A stretch of 64,000 bases of DNA from Octopus sinensis (Eukaryota), in assembly GCF_006345805.1 (NCBI RefSeq), contig NW_021833056.1, positions 41,904-105,903 of the forward strand. Reading direction: 5' to 3'. Positions 1-12,464 of this stretch are shown here, one piece after another. The translations under genes were made by a program, and so were the position numbers. The notes under the pieces were generated by a model. That model saw nothing but the letters and a program-made list of their open reading frames with translations, was not told the origin of the DNA and made no database searches. Within the stretch, counting starts at the first letter, position 1; the number at the start of each line of letters is the position of its first letter.

Positions 1-107
1 TCACATTGGCCTTGTAGTTCCGGGTTAATAGGCTTTGATCTTGAGCAGCCAGGATGAAACCTTCGCTCTCTGCTTTTAGCCCTGAGCTCCGTAGCCACTG
101 ATGGGTT
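1..107 (-). mobile_element. 5'-truncated R4/Dong RLE retrotransposon, family C (continues left of window)
   Basis: Near-identical to about 20374-20477 of the full-length element at 19621-23470; ends abruptly at an (ATT)n tract at 108. Confidence 0.85.
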
Positions 108-108
108 A

Positions 109-148
<40 letters not shown>

Positions 149-169
149 ATTATTATTATTATTATCATA

Positions 170-222
<53 letters not shown>

Positions 223-223
<1 letters not shown>

Positions 224-530
224 TATGTTTGACTTTTGCTTTATATTTGTACAAGTTGCCTCCAAGTCTCACCCAGAGACCTCAAGAGACAACAGGTTGG
301 AAGTTCATGTTGTTGTTATGTCTAGTGTGCCATATATTTGGGGGGAAGTTTTTGGTGTTGTACTAATGAATGTCTAAAAAAAAAATTTTTTTCTTTTTTT
401 TTTCTTTTTAAAACCGGAAATTATGTTTGTTTTAAACCTTGAGATTACATAGAAAGTATTTTGCGTAGGATATAAGCAGTTCCCATGAGCACTATCTTTT
501 GAATTTCTGCCATTTTGGGGTTTTCTGGAT
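223..530 (-). mobile_element. 3' end fragment of R4/Dong family B, embedded in (ATT)n
   Basis: Reverse complement of about 61625-61922 (ORF end ..QKIVLMGTAHILRK.. plus 3' UTR ending gtcaaacatag); (ATT)n on both sides. Confidence 0.85.
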
Positions 531-615
531 TTTATTATTATTATTATTATTATTTTATTATTATTATTATTATTATTATTATATTATTATTATTATTATT
601 ATTATTTTATTATTA

Positions 616-2456
616 GAGCGGCGAAATCGATTTTATATTTGATCCTTTCGGGTTGATAAATTACATCGGGGTCGATGTAATCATCTAGTCCCCACCACCA
701 AAATTAGGAGAAAAAACAGCCCATTTGTATTTACAAGTAAGGATTATTATTTCCTCTACGCACAACAGATTAGACTGGAACAAGAAAAGTTCCTAACATC
801 GGGCTACAGCAAGTAACCTTATATGCGAAAAACCTTCCTAAGTATCCTAGCTGTCCCTAATAACACGGTTTCCTGGAGCTGCACTAAAGTAGTTTTACGC
901 CTAGTTTTTCTATTTCTTTGTGAAGCCCTTAGGGATAATTCGTAATGCACTTATAGCTACAGGGATACATTTTATCCACACATTTCCTAGCCTCTATCAC
1001 TGAATGGCTAGACCCTGGTACTTTGCTATTTTCTGTATAGTTTCCATATTGATTTTCTCATCATTTGGGATTTTAAAGTCAATTACCTGACACTTTCCTT
1101 TCTCTTAGGCTACTACTTCCAAATGAGGCTTTGTAGTTTCTATTAATCTCTCGGCCTGAATAATAAAATCCCACTATGTCTTATATTTTTTGTTATTTTC
1201 TAGCACTTTACTAGATTCATATTTATAACACTTATCTGTATGGTCAATTTCTAGCTATCTACATAACTTCCTCTGGATTATTCTACACAACTTATCATGA
1301 GTAGTTCTTTACCCTTTGATTTACTTAACCTGCTTTGTTAATCTGCCTGATTTTCTTCTATCCTGGCTTTTATCCAAATAGTCCTCAATATCAAACATTG
1401 TGTTATTACTAGCAACAGTTTTGTTTCCCTTTTCAGTCTTGCTTTGTGAATCCATAGCTGTCTCATTATTATTTTCTTCTGAGATTATCTTTGGAAATCT
1501 ACCGTGCAAAGCCTTCTCTTGCCAGTCAGATAATCTTACTTCGTTTTTTTAAAAGGTCTTTAACCCCTTTGGCCTTTTGGTTTCCCTATCTCCTACTGTT
1601 ACACTTGAGGTTCTTTATAAAGTTTCATCATTGTTACCTGCATATGAGGCTATATTTACTATAGCTAACTTCGCCCGATAGATTTTATCTTCCTCCATTA
1701 CTATTATATATTCGAGGAGCCTTAAATTTTAAAGATTTACCAACTGGGAATCGAAATGGTGAAGTATTTGAAACATTATCGAAGGCAGCAGAAAAATATA
1801 CTTTACGTAGTTATGATGGTAAGTGAATGAGATGACTAGAAGAATCTGCAGGTATTGATGTTTCGCCAATCTTAACTGAGGCGAAGCTATGCATAGCTAT
1901 ATGCAGTTGACGCGCTTAAATACCCTGTAGAACTGTATCAGCTGATTGAAAGTACATTCATTGAAGACTTTTAACGAAGCTACTTTAAAATTTCCTTTAA
2001 CAATTCATACAGGGAATAGATTTGATATTGTGATTGCATGTTGTTAGTTGTACCACATTAGGCTTACCAGACCCGGTTCTTAATTTTCATTCTAATGTTC
2101 AAACGGATATTTTGGAGAACCGAACTTAATTTGAGAAGGGGTCTGAGGTTTCGTTCTCACATTATAATACTCCAAACGTTCATCACCAGAATATGAGGTG
2201 GAATTCACGTGGATTTTGTTCATTAACAACTCCACTGGAAAATTTATAGCTCATCTTCCTCATTCAAATGATCATCATCTTGATCATGATAATCTTCACA
2301 ATGCCCCTCCAGCTCATCATATTCGTTACTATCGTCATCAAAATCTTTTTCTCAGCATATAGCTACCAAATTTATTTCTATGCCCTTATTATAATTACAC
2401 GGACACACACATATATTATATCTATCTGTCTATCTATCTATGTAAGTATCTATCTA

Positions 2457-2517
<61 letters not shown>

Positions 2518-2550
2518 ATCTATCTATCTATTTATCGATCTATATAGCTA

Positions 2551-2589
<39 letters not shown>

Positions 2590-2720
2590 TTATCTTTATA
2601 TATACCTATCTTATCTACCTATGTATCTTATCAATCTATCTAGCTGATGTGTCTTATTTATCTATCTATCTATCTTATATATCTATCTATTTATCTATCT
2701 ATCTGTATGTCTATATGTAT
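616..2720 (+). repeat. Segment A of the tandem segmental repeat (copy 1)
   Basis: Colinear with 23737-26300 apart from reciprocal indels; its first ~480 bp recur at 33887-34375. Confidence 0.9.
700..1790 (-). pseudogene. Old degraded R4/Dong C-terminal fragment inside segment A
   Basis: Minus-strand remnants DWQEKALHGRFPK, HDKLCRII and IPVAISALRII align with WQEKPLHGKY, RHDRVG and TIPIIVGALGMI of the younger copies; many stops. Confidence 0.7.
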
Positions 2721-2730
2721 ATATGTATAA

Positions 2731-2779
<49 letters not shown>

Positions 2780-2789
2780 ATATATAAAA

Positions 2790-3003
2790 TCAGTAGACCC
2801 ATGCAGTTGCCGAGTGGTACCCGCGCGAGCGGAAAAGACCACCCGGAAGACCTCCACGACGGTGGAGTTACGATTTCAAGATGGCGATTGGGACCACGTG
2901 GATGAGAAAGGCGCGATCCAAAGAGGAATTAACAGCCTGCTGTGACCAGCGATGTCAAGTGGACGCCTGACGGACTGGTCGGTCAAGTGATCATGACGAA
3001 GTG

Positions 3004-3004
<1 letters not shown>
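2790..3004 (+). mobile_element. GC-rich insert in (TA)n; probable 3' end of a LINE
   Basis: Reads ..DHVDEKGAIQRGINSLL* and is followed by TGTGACCAGCGATGT...GTGATCA..GTGA(TA)n, a tail also seen at 8224-8340. Confidence 0.5.
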
Positions 3005-3082
<78 letters not shown>

Positions 3083-4223
3083 TTAACCGCTGGTAGCGGA
3101 GATTTTTTTCTAGAATTTTTTGCTACACTTATATTTATTAATATTATATATATACGCCCACATATACATATGTATGTATAATATACTTATACGTATATAT
3201 AATATAAAGCTGAGGTTGATGATGATGATGATGATGATTGTTTACCACCACATTGCAGTACTGCGTCGATGTCATTGCATTAAAATTCTGATTCATTGTA
3301 GTAGTCGGGACACACAAGACAGTGGCTGGTTGTTTAAGTATGTTCTAAATGTTAAGTCAAGTGAAGTAAACAACAAAGCTTTGGTCCTAAAATAGTCAAC
3401 AATACTCTTCTCAAAACATTTCACAAAACTTTCTCTCTGTAAGAAATTAGCATTGTTTACCTTTTTGTATAGTGGTGACACAATAAATCACACACGCGTA
3501 CACATTCATAATACTTACATACATGCATACATACATACATACATACATACATACATACATACATACATACATACATACATACATACATACATACAACATA
3601 CATACATACATCAAGCTTACCTGCATACATACGTCCATCCATCCACATATAAATGCAACAAGCTTACATGTCTACATAGATACCAGTGGTTGAGGCAGGG
3701 GTGTTGCCCTAGTTTCTGGTCTGCTACAACATAGAATACATGAAAATGTGTCCATTTGTTACAAATTGCGATTCCCGACTAACATAGCAATTTTTTGGAA
3801 ACAAAAAAGATCTTGGGTCCCCACTGCATACACACAGACGCATTCAAACAATCTTAAGCAAACACATATATGCATATTTATATATCGTTTTAGAAGCTTC
3901 GAAGAAACTATAAGCTTATTCCCAAGCACCCATCTCTGCATGCACTGTAACTACTAGAAACTGCAGTGAGCTTATTAAAATGAAATACGTAATTCATGTC
4001 CTCTAAAAACACACACATACACCCAAACAGAAAGGCATACAATGACACATAAACAAACACACACATGTGATGGTTGCAACTTCATTCCGAAATATGCCAC
4101 ATTTGTTTACTCAACGAAGCAGGGACGTGTATCTTTTAGTCCTGTTAGGGATCTAAACACTTTTGCGCAATCAAAGACATACTAACGAAGGAGACTTCCT
4201 GCTGCAGTTTTTGAGAGACTTAC

Positions 4224-4332
4224 CATCTTCCCTGACTCATATCTTTGTTCTCTCATGAAATTTTCAACTTTGTGTTTTCCCGATCGCAGGCTGTGTGCCT
4301 TGTCGTTCGAAGGCTGTGCGTTTTGGCTGCGT
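4224..4332 (-). other. Candidate 109-nt exon of an unidentified transcript
   Basis: Acceptor tctctccttctatttttcctcAG and donor ATG|GTAAGT; one open frame (RSQNAQPSNDKAHSLRSGKHKVENFMREQRYESGKM); no recognisable domain. Confidence 0.3.
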
Positions 4333-4598
4333 CTGAGGAAAAATAGAAGGAGAGAACCTTTGCACATGGCAATTCCGACTCCCTCCCCAAACAGCCAATA
4401 CATTCCTGCCAAACAAACAACTATTCTACATCATAAGTATTACATAAGAGAGATGTCACAACAAAAGCAGTTATATCGCACTCCCAGCCATTGGAGGGCT
4501 GTTGATTCTCCTGTGATCACCCGGCCTTTGAAATAGTTTGCTTTTCGACCTGCAGGGAGTTAAACGAAGGGTGTCCACCTTACCAAGTACATACATAA

Positions 4599-4683
<85 letters not shown>

Positions 4684-4789
4684 CATACATGCATGCATAC
4701 ATATCTTATATAAAATTTATGAGAGACATATAAACAGTAGCAGTACGGAATTGTAAACTATATTTGCCAACTGAATGTGGCGTGCTATA

Positions 4790-5274
4790 CAGGACAGTGC
4801 TACTGTTCTTTATAGCCCCAGAAAGACATCTCCAGCTGAATAACGACACACATTCTGTGCCTGATTAGAATATGCGAAGGAGGCCATCACTCCCATCTGA
4901 AGCCAAATCACTATATACTTTTCTAGCAACTCACTGTCGCTGATCTCGTAAAAGAGAGAGATATGTTATATTAAATCTGTATATGTTATATTAAATTTAA
5001 AATAACATATCTCTCTCTTTTACGAGATTAGCGACTGTGAGTCGCTAGAAAGGTATATAATAATTTGCGAGTGGAATGAACTTTCATCACTTGCTAGTGA
5101 TTAATAAATGCTCGGTGGGAGGGGAGGTAATAACCCAGAAACTTGCATCCGTGTGTATGACGTAAGGTTAGACATGGGAGCGATGAACCCCCTTGCAAAT
5201 ACTAATCGGACACAGACTGTGTGTCATTAGCCAACTGGAGGAGATGTCTTCCTGGTGCTATAAGCACTGTCCTG
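4790..5274. mobile_element. MITE with ~75-bp terminal inverted repeats, TA-flanked (Tc1/mariner-like)
   Basis: TA|CAGGACAGTGC...GCACTGTCCTG|TA; arms about 4790-4868 and 5203-5274 are imperfect reverse complements. Confidence 0.7.
4912..5059. repeat. Near-perfect 148-bp hairpin (collapsed MITE) nested in the MITE above
   Basis: 58-bp arms (tatatacttttctagc...gatatgttat) with 4 mismatches around a short AT-rich loop. Confidence 0.8.
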
Positions 5275-5469
5275 TATATATGTGTATATATATGTATACA
5301 AACACGCACAAACACATATACATATGTAATTTATATATGTAGTGGAATAGCTGCATAGAAAGGGCCACATAAGTTAGGGACCGGCTTGGAATGATTGGCA
5401 AAAGGGGACCACAAAAAGCAACACCAAGTTGCAAGAAAATAAACAACGCAACATTTATATCAAAGAAAG

Positions 5470-6150
5470 GAAGATGAGCAGAGAAAGAAGTTTATCATTG
5501 TTTTAAGACATCAGAAGTGTGGCATATTCTGAATGGCAAGATTGTTTGGGAGAGAAATGAAAGACATTATTGATGAAGATTCTGTACGGAATAATAATCA
5601 TACTCTTGTTATTCATGAAATGTAAAGAAAGAAAAGCAGACGTGTTATAATGAGAATTTGTTGGATGTAATGAATAGAAGGGGTATAAAGAGTGTATCGG
5701 AAGTAAACCCAGTTGAGGGGGCCATCCATCCAAATTTACAGCCGTACAGTGGAGAATGCGATTAAAGATATGAAGGTAGGGAAGGTATCTGATACGAAAT
5801 ACTCATGAGAGTGGGATGCGGGTTAGTCAGCCCCTAAGTAATTCAACTTGAATAGGAGATTCTTATACCCAGTGACTGATGTGGTAATACCATTTTCAAC
5901 TGCTATAAAAGGCAAAGGTAATGTATTAAAGTAAGAATGCTTGAGGTGTTAAACTGTTGGGGCCAGTTATGAAGGTTACAAAAAGAATTACATCTCATTT
6001 GCTTAGAAAAAGAAAATTAATGTAGACGTGATTTTTGTTTTTATGGTGAGAATAAATACAACTGATGCTGTCTTCTCAGTGAGACAAGAGCAGAAATATT
6101 CTACCCAATTCTTTGTTTATTTAGAGAAGATACATGTTGTTTCTCAGCTC
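5470..6150 (+). pseudogene. Degraded RTE-like reverse transcriptase fragment
   Basis: Frameshifted remnants resembling AIKDMKVGK, IPSDW...NCYKGKG, GVKLL..VMKV and TDAVFSVRQ.QKY of RTE-type RT. Confidence 0.6.
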
Positions 6151-6809
6151 TGTGATCCGTCTGGTTCAAGAATAAGTGTCACAAGAACTAGAGAGTGACA
6201 GGAATACTAGCCTCAATCGAACCCGTATATACATTACATCACAGCTAGAATGCTATGTATTTGAAATCCTACAAAAAGAGATACATCATTCCTCCTTTTC
6301 TCCCAAATATTCTAAGTCTCTGTCATAACACTACGCTCTAGGTCACACTCACCCAGGAGACATGTGTATGTGTGCCTGAGGGTACATATGTATATCTTTG
6401 TGTGATCTACTGAATTCAAAGTTTCTAATACAATAGCCAGTTTCAATACTTGGATGGGTGTGGGACATATTTGTAAGTATTGAAATTAGCCTTTCAAATT
6501 TCAGATGCACTTAACTTAACACGGTTATATGAAAAGTCTTTTAAGAGAGGAACGTTTCTTGGAAATTTAAATAAAAGAATACTGTTTGTATACATACATA
6601 CACATAGTCATATATGTATACATATGTATGTGTGTATATATATATATGTGTGTCTGTGTGTGTTTGTGTATGTGTGTGTGTGTTTGTGTATGTGTGTGTG
6701 TATTGTATGTATGCTTATACAAATATGCATTGAATACGTATATATTTATTTATATATTTATATATATATGCATACATACATATATAATACACACAACACA
6801 CACACACAC

Positions 6810-6860
<51 letters not shown>

Positions 6861-6896
6861 GTATGTATGAATGTATGTATGTATGTATGTATGAGG

Positions 6897-7720
6897 TAAG
6901 TTTACGTATAATATAGCAAATAGCAAAACAGTAAAAAAAAAAGGGTATCGGGTCATATTATTGCATGAGAGGCCAACATGGGGTGGGTTTAAGTGCCTTC
7001 GAAACAAAACTGGATATCCTCCTGTCAAAATACCAGGACCTTGCCACTGAAGTACAGACGCCTGGGAGAGGGCAGATATAGATAGGTAGCTCGACCCCAG
7101 TACGCAACTGGTGCTTAATATATCGACCCTGAAAGGATGAAAGGCAAAGTCAACCTCGGCGTAATTTGAACTCAGAACGCAAAGACAGACGAAATACCTA
7201 TTTCTTTACTACCCACACGGGGCTAAACACAGTGGAGACAAACATGGACAGAGAGAAGGATCAAATCGATTACATCGACCCCAGTGCGCAACTGGTACTT
7301 ATTTAATCTACCCCGAAAGGGTTAAAGCAAAGTCGTCCTCGGCCAAATTTGAACTCAGAACGCAAAGACAGACGAAATAACGCTAAGCATTTAGCCCGGC
7401 GTGTTAACGTTTCTGCCAGCTCACCGCCTTTGGAGCTTCAATAAATTAAATGACAAATGTGTTCATGTTAATGAGATATCTGTGCGTCATTGGAATGTAG
7501 TGATAGACAGTTGTACAACACGAGTACTGATCTGAGTCTCTGTGACTAGAACCTAGCGGCAGACCGAATCTAGATGAACAATGATTATGTGAAATAGCAG
7601 GTTTTACATCAGAACGCGCTTCTCCTAAAAAGTACTGTGACAACAGCGAGCGTTGCGTCCTTGAGCAAGACACTTTATATCAAGTTGCTTCAGTCCATTG
7701 AAATGGCAAACATACATACA
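6897..7720 (+). repeat. Segment B of the tandem segmental repeat (copy 1)
   Basis: Colinear with 26337-27150; contains a degraded CR1 3' fragment (FETKLDILLSK), a SINE and a SINE-core fragment. Confidence 0.9.
7085..7430 (-). mobile_element. tRNA-derived SINE with duplicated body
   Basis: Head aaggcggtgagctggcagaaacgttaacacgccgggc (A box) and gagttcaaatt (B box); internal unit repeated twice; same family at 26523-26867 and 41665-41872. Confidence 0.85.
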
Positions 7721-7725
7721 TACAC

Positions 7726-7758
<33 letters not shown>

Positions 7759-7778
7759 CATATATACATATATACATT

Positions 7779-7851
<73 letters not shown>

Positions 7852-7873
7852 TACAATAATATATATATATATA

Positions 7874-8165
7874 TAAACTTAGATCATATATATGTATGTA
7901 CGTGTGTGTATTATATATGTATGTATTATATACGTATGCATGACTAGGTTTCTTAAATGTTCAGTGAAGGTATTTTTTTTTCGCTGATCTTAAGGTTTAT
8001 GTTAACACCCGATGGTCATCTGATTACCACAACTATATCACTGGGACATTCCACAACTAATTCTTCCTCTTATCAGTGGCGACGTTTTCTGTCGTAACGT
8101 TGGCTCTTAGTATATATGCATGTATTATATTCAGATACATATATGTATGTCTTTGTATATATATA

Positions 8166-8225
<60 letters not shown>

Positions 8226-8437
8226 CTGCTCGCTTAGCCAGCGGGGTGGCGTCATTTGGAGGCTAAAACTAAGCGAAGTGAATTGTGACCAGCGATGTGT
8301 AGCAGCATCTGGTTGCCTTGTCCGTCACGTGATCACGTGATATATTATATATATATATATATACATATATATATACATATATACATTCATACATATATAT
8401 ATATGTATATATATATATGTATGTATGAATGTATATA

Positions 8438-8512
<75 letters not shown>

Positions 8513-8793
8513 AAGACATACATATATCTATCTGAATATAATACATGCATACATACTAAGAGCCAACGTTACGACAGAAAACGTCGCCACTGATAAGAGG
8601 AAGAATTAGTTGTGCAATGTCCCAGTGATATAGTTGTGGTAATCAGATGACCATCGGGTGTTAACAGAAACCTTAAGATCAGCGAAAAACAAAATACCTA
8701 CACTGTACATTTAAGAAACCTAGTCATGCGTACGTATATAATACATACATATATAATACACACACGTACATACATATATATGATCTAAGTTTA
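7874..8793. repeat. Long inverted repeat: ~285-bp arms around (TA)n-core-(TA)n
   Basis: 7874-8156 is the reverse complement of 8510-8793 with only a few mismatches. Confidence 0.95.
8224..8340 (+). mobile_element. SINE/LINE 3' tail inserted in (TA)n
   Basis: Ends TGTGACCAGCGATGT...GTCACGTGATCACGTGA(TA)n; assignment as the tail of the tRNA-headed SINE at 44849 is from recall and is not demonstrable inside the window. Confidence 0.55.
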
Positions 8794-9262
8794 CGTACAA
8801 TATATCAAAGAACGAGACAGACATAGAACAGGTATCGGCTCAAATTACTACAAAGGACTACAAAGTACCACAAAGGACTGAAAGAACCAATTTGGTTGCG
8901 TTTAGGTGGATTTGAAACAAAACTAGATCTCTTATCCATGTACAAGATGTAGCGATTGTTACAGAGGTTAGCGAAAGGACAGGGATAGACAGATAGTTAG
9001 TTAGTTAGTTAAGTTAGTTAGTTAGTTTAGCTAGTAGTCAGTAGATAGATAGATAGACATATACACACACACACACATACAAAAAGACGCGAGCCTGCGC
9101 GCAAGCATAAGTATATATTGACGAATACAACAGCCTTCTCTGATATTGCCAGGGTAACATAAATATACGTATCTATCTATCTCTCCTCTCTCTCTCAATT
9201 ATATATGTATATATATAAATATAATGTATGTATATATGTATGACTCTATGTATGTATGTATG

Positions 9263-9315
<53 letters not shown>

Positions 9316-9398
9316 TTGATACTTTGATACTTTGATAGGTTTCGGCCATTATTGGCCAAGGCCATGTCTAACTTAATAGCACCACCTGGTGAAGTCTT

Positions 9399-12300
9399 TC
9401 AAGTCAGAATTTGGGCACTATGTAGAGAGTTATTGTTTACAGAGACATATCCGGGTGTAGGGGGTTTATCCGGGATTTGTTGAAGGAATCTGTCCAAAGA
9501 CTTCTTGAACCCTATAGGGTCAGTTTCTGTTTTAATGTGTTTTGGTGTAATGTTAAAGAGAGCGGGGCCAATTGAGGTGAAATAATTGTGCCGTGTTGTT
9601 GTTATGAGATGAGAGTGCGATTTTTGGTTTTGGGCGGATGGCACGGGGCCCAAGCCTTGGATGTACCTTAAAGGTGATGCCAACATCATTTGGGCAATGC
9701 TGATGGAATATTTTCCACATCATGCAGATGATGTAGCGCTCACGACGACGTTGGAGAGAATAAAGTTTTAGCTTTTCTAGTCGACCCCAATAGTCGAGGC
9801 CTGTCATGCCATCTATCTTTTTTGTGATTGCCCTTTGAGGTGCTTCAACTTTTATGATACTTTGTATTGTGTGGGGAGACCACAGTGGACAACAGTATTC
9901 AAGGTGGGGTCGGGCAAAAGTGGAGAAGAGAAGGATAATGGTGTGGATATCTCTCGACTGGAAAGTTCTGAGAATCCAGGAACACATTCTGCGGGCCATG
10001 TCAACTTTGGTGTTTATATGAGTGGCCCAGCTTATGTTGTTGTCCACAATTACTCCAAGTCTCTGATGTTGTTGGACGCCGCGAGAGTTTCACCTGAAGG
10101 AAGGGAGTATGGGAGTTTCAGGGCATCCTCTTTTCCAAAGTGGATTAACTCAAATTTATCCTCGTTCAGCAGCATATTGTTTTTTTGTGCCCATTGGATA
10201 TCAGCCAGTAGATCTGACTGAAGGCATGTCCGGTCACTCGCCTCATTTATGACCTTCTGTAGCTTGGAATCATATGCAAAGATTTTTATGTTGCTGTGCT
10301 TGATGATGTCATTAATGTCAGTAATGTAGATGATGAAATGAAGTGGGCCCAGCACAGTGCCTTGCGGAACGCCACTACTGACTTTGGCTGGGCTTGATTT
10401 TACCCCTTCAACTACAACATGTTGAGATCTGTCTGTCAGGAAACACTTGATCCATTTCAGTAACTTTCCAGAGACACCAATGTTGGATAGTTTTTTCAAT
10501 AGGGTCTTGTGATCAACCCTGTCGAAGGCCTTACTTAAATCAAGGTAGATGACATCGGTGTTGGAGCCCTCTCCCAAAGCTCTTAAAATGTCATCAAAGT
10601 GATGCAGGAGCTGCGTTAGGCAGTCCCTTCCATTACGGAACCCATGTTGGTTAGAGATCAGCCGTCTGTTGCTTTCCAGAAATTGGGTTATTCGAGATCT
10701 CACCACCCTCTCAAATACCTTGATGATATGAGAGGTGAGTGAGATCGGACGGTAGTTCACTGCAAGGGACTTGTTTCCCTTTTTGAAAACTGGGACAACA
10801 GACTGGGACAGAAGGTTTTTTGGAATAAAGCCAGCATCCAGTGAGTTTCTCCACAGATTAGCAAGGGGAGATGCAAGTTGGTGTCGACACACCTTCAGGA
10901 CACAAGCAGGGAACCTATCGGGGCCTACTGCTGAATTGTGTTTTATTTCGTTTATCGCCGCTATGACATCAGGGGCACTAAACGTTATGTTGAAAATAGT
11001 GTGTTGGGGGTTGACATCACTGATACAGCCCAGATCGGCCATATCAGGATTGCTGAAAACAGAGCAGTATTGTTTCTGCAGTATCTCGGCCATGGATTTG
11101 GCATTATCTTGGAGAGTGCCAGTTTCATCAAGTAGAGGGCCAACAATGGAGACAGTGACCCTGCGTTTCCTCGCAAATGAAAAGAACACTTTGGGGTTGA
11201 GTTTGATATTTTCAATGGCCCACTTCTCCTCAGCTGATCTTTGGTTATTGATGAAGGTCTTCATGCATTGTTGGAGGTTATATTTTTTGGATTCAAGCAG
11301 TGCGATAGCCGTCGAATGTGTGTGTTGCTGTTGGCAGTACTTTAGTTTGTTAATTTTTTTGTTTGTTCTTTTTATTTTTCTGATAATGGTTTTTCTGTTT
11401 TGGGGGATTCTGCACTTTTTGTTCACAGGTCTTGGTGGGGAGTGTTTTGCACATATGTCTGTGACGGTGTCTACAAAGATCTGCCAAGATGTTTTATGGT
11501 TGGTGGAGATGTGTGTATGTGTAAAGGACCAGTCAACATTTGATAGCTCGTTCAAATGGGTGGGCTGGAGGGAGGTCACTAGGATTAGCTTTCGGCTGGT
11601 GGAACTTCATGTTACAGAGAACCATGTCATGGTCTGAAAGAAGGGTTTATTTTCCACTGTAACGTTATGTATAGTGTTAGTGTGGTTACTAAACACTAGG
11701 TCCAAAATGTTCTTCTGATGTCTTGTTGGTGCAAGGACAAGTTGGGACAAGAAAAACTCATTCGTAAAGTCGAAAAGTGACTCTGCTGCTTCTTTGTCGG
11801 CGGTTGAGGCGGGAGTGCTTGGTTTCAAACAGTTTGTAGTCCAGTCAACACAGGGTAGATTGAAATCTCCCATCATGAGTGGGTTGCTAGAATGGCACTG
11901 TTGAATAAAGCACTTAATGCTGTTGAGGCATTCTTTAAAGCACAGTATGGGTGTTTGGGGCGGCCTATAGAGCCCAATTACTGTCAGGTCATTGGCTTTG
12001 TTGTGCACGGTGACTGATTCACAGTAGCCGTTGGAGAATATACTATTTCCATCTGCTGTAAACGAATCATGCAGGAAAATGGCAGTTCCACCCTTCCTTC
12101 TGCCGATACGATCCGCGCGGATGGTTGTGAAATTCTTCACTCTCACTTCGGCTTCCAAGTGGGAGTTGTCAAGGTGGGTCTCAGTGAGAATGAAGAAAGG
12201 GATGTGGTGTGGATGGTTACCAACCCAGTCTTCAATGAATTGGACCTTCCATTTTTGTGCATTGATGGAAGGGCTGACACCTTGTGCATTGAGTAGAAAT

Positions 12301-12464
12301 GTGGAGGTTAGTGTAGTGGCTGGTTTTGACTGTTGCAGGGGGCTTGGATTTTTGTGTGTGTTAGTGGCAGCAAGGTGGGGAATTGGTGCACTGGGGTAAT
12401 AGCATAGGATGGTGTGAGTGATGGCTAGAATATTTTTGTGTATCTCTTTTGCCATGTTCAACAT
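9399..12464 (-). pseudogene. CR1-like ORF2 (APE endonuclease plus reverse transcriptase), frameshifted
   Basis: Four consecutive ORFs: 11607-12464, 10050-11579, 9553-10047 and 9399-9689. Confidence 0.92.

Noticed and set aside
3260-3340. Minus-strand CLVCPDYYNESEF*CNDID resembling an EGF end
   Set aside because: In-frame stops inside and just upstream, wrong Cys spacing, no matching splice sites.
10771-12399. Long plus-strand ORFs (288 aa, 122 aa)
   Set aside because: Antisense shadows of the CR1-like ORF2.
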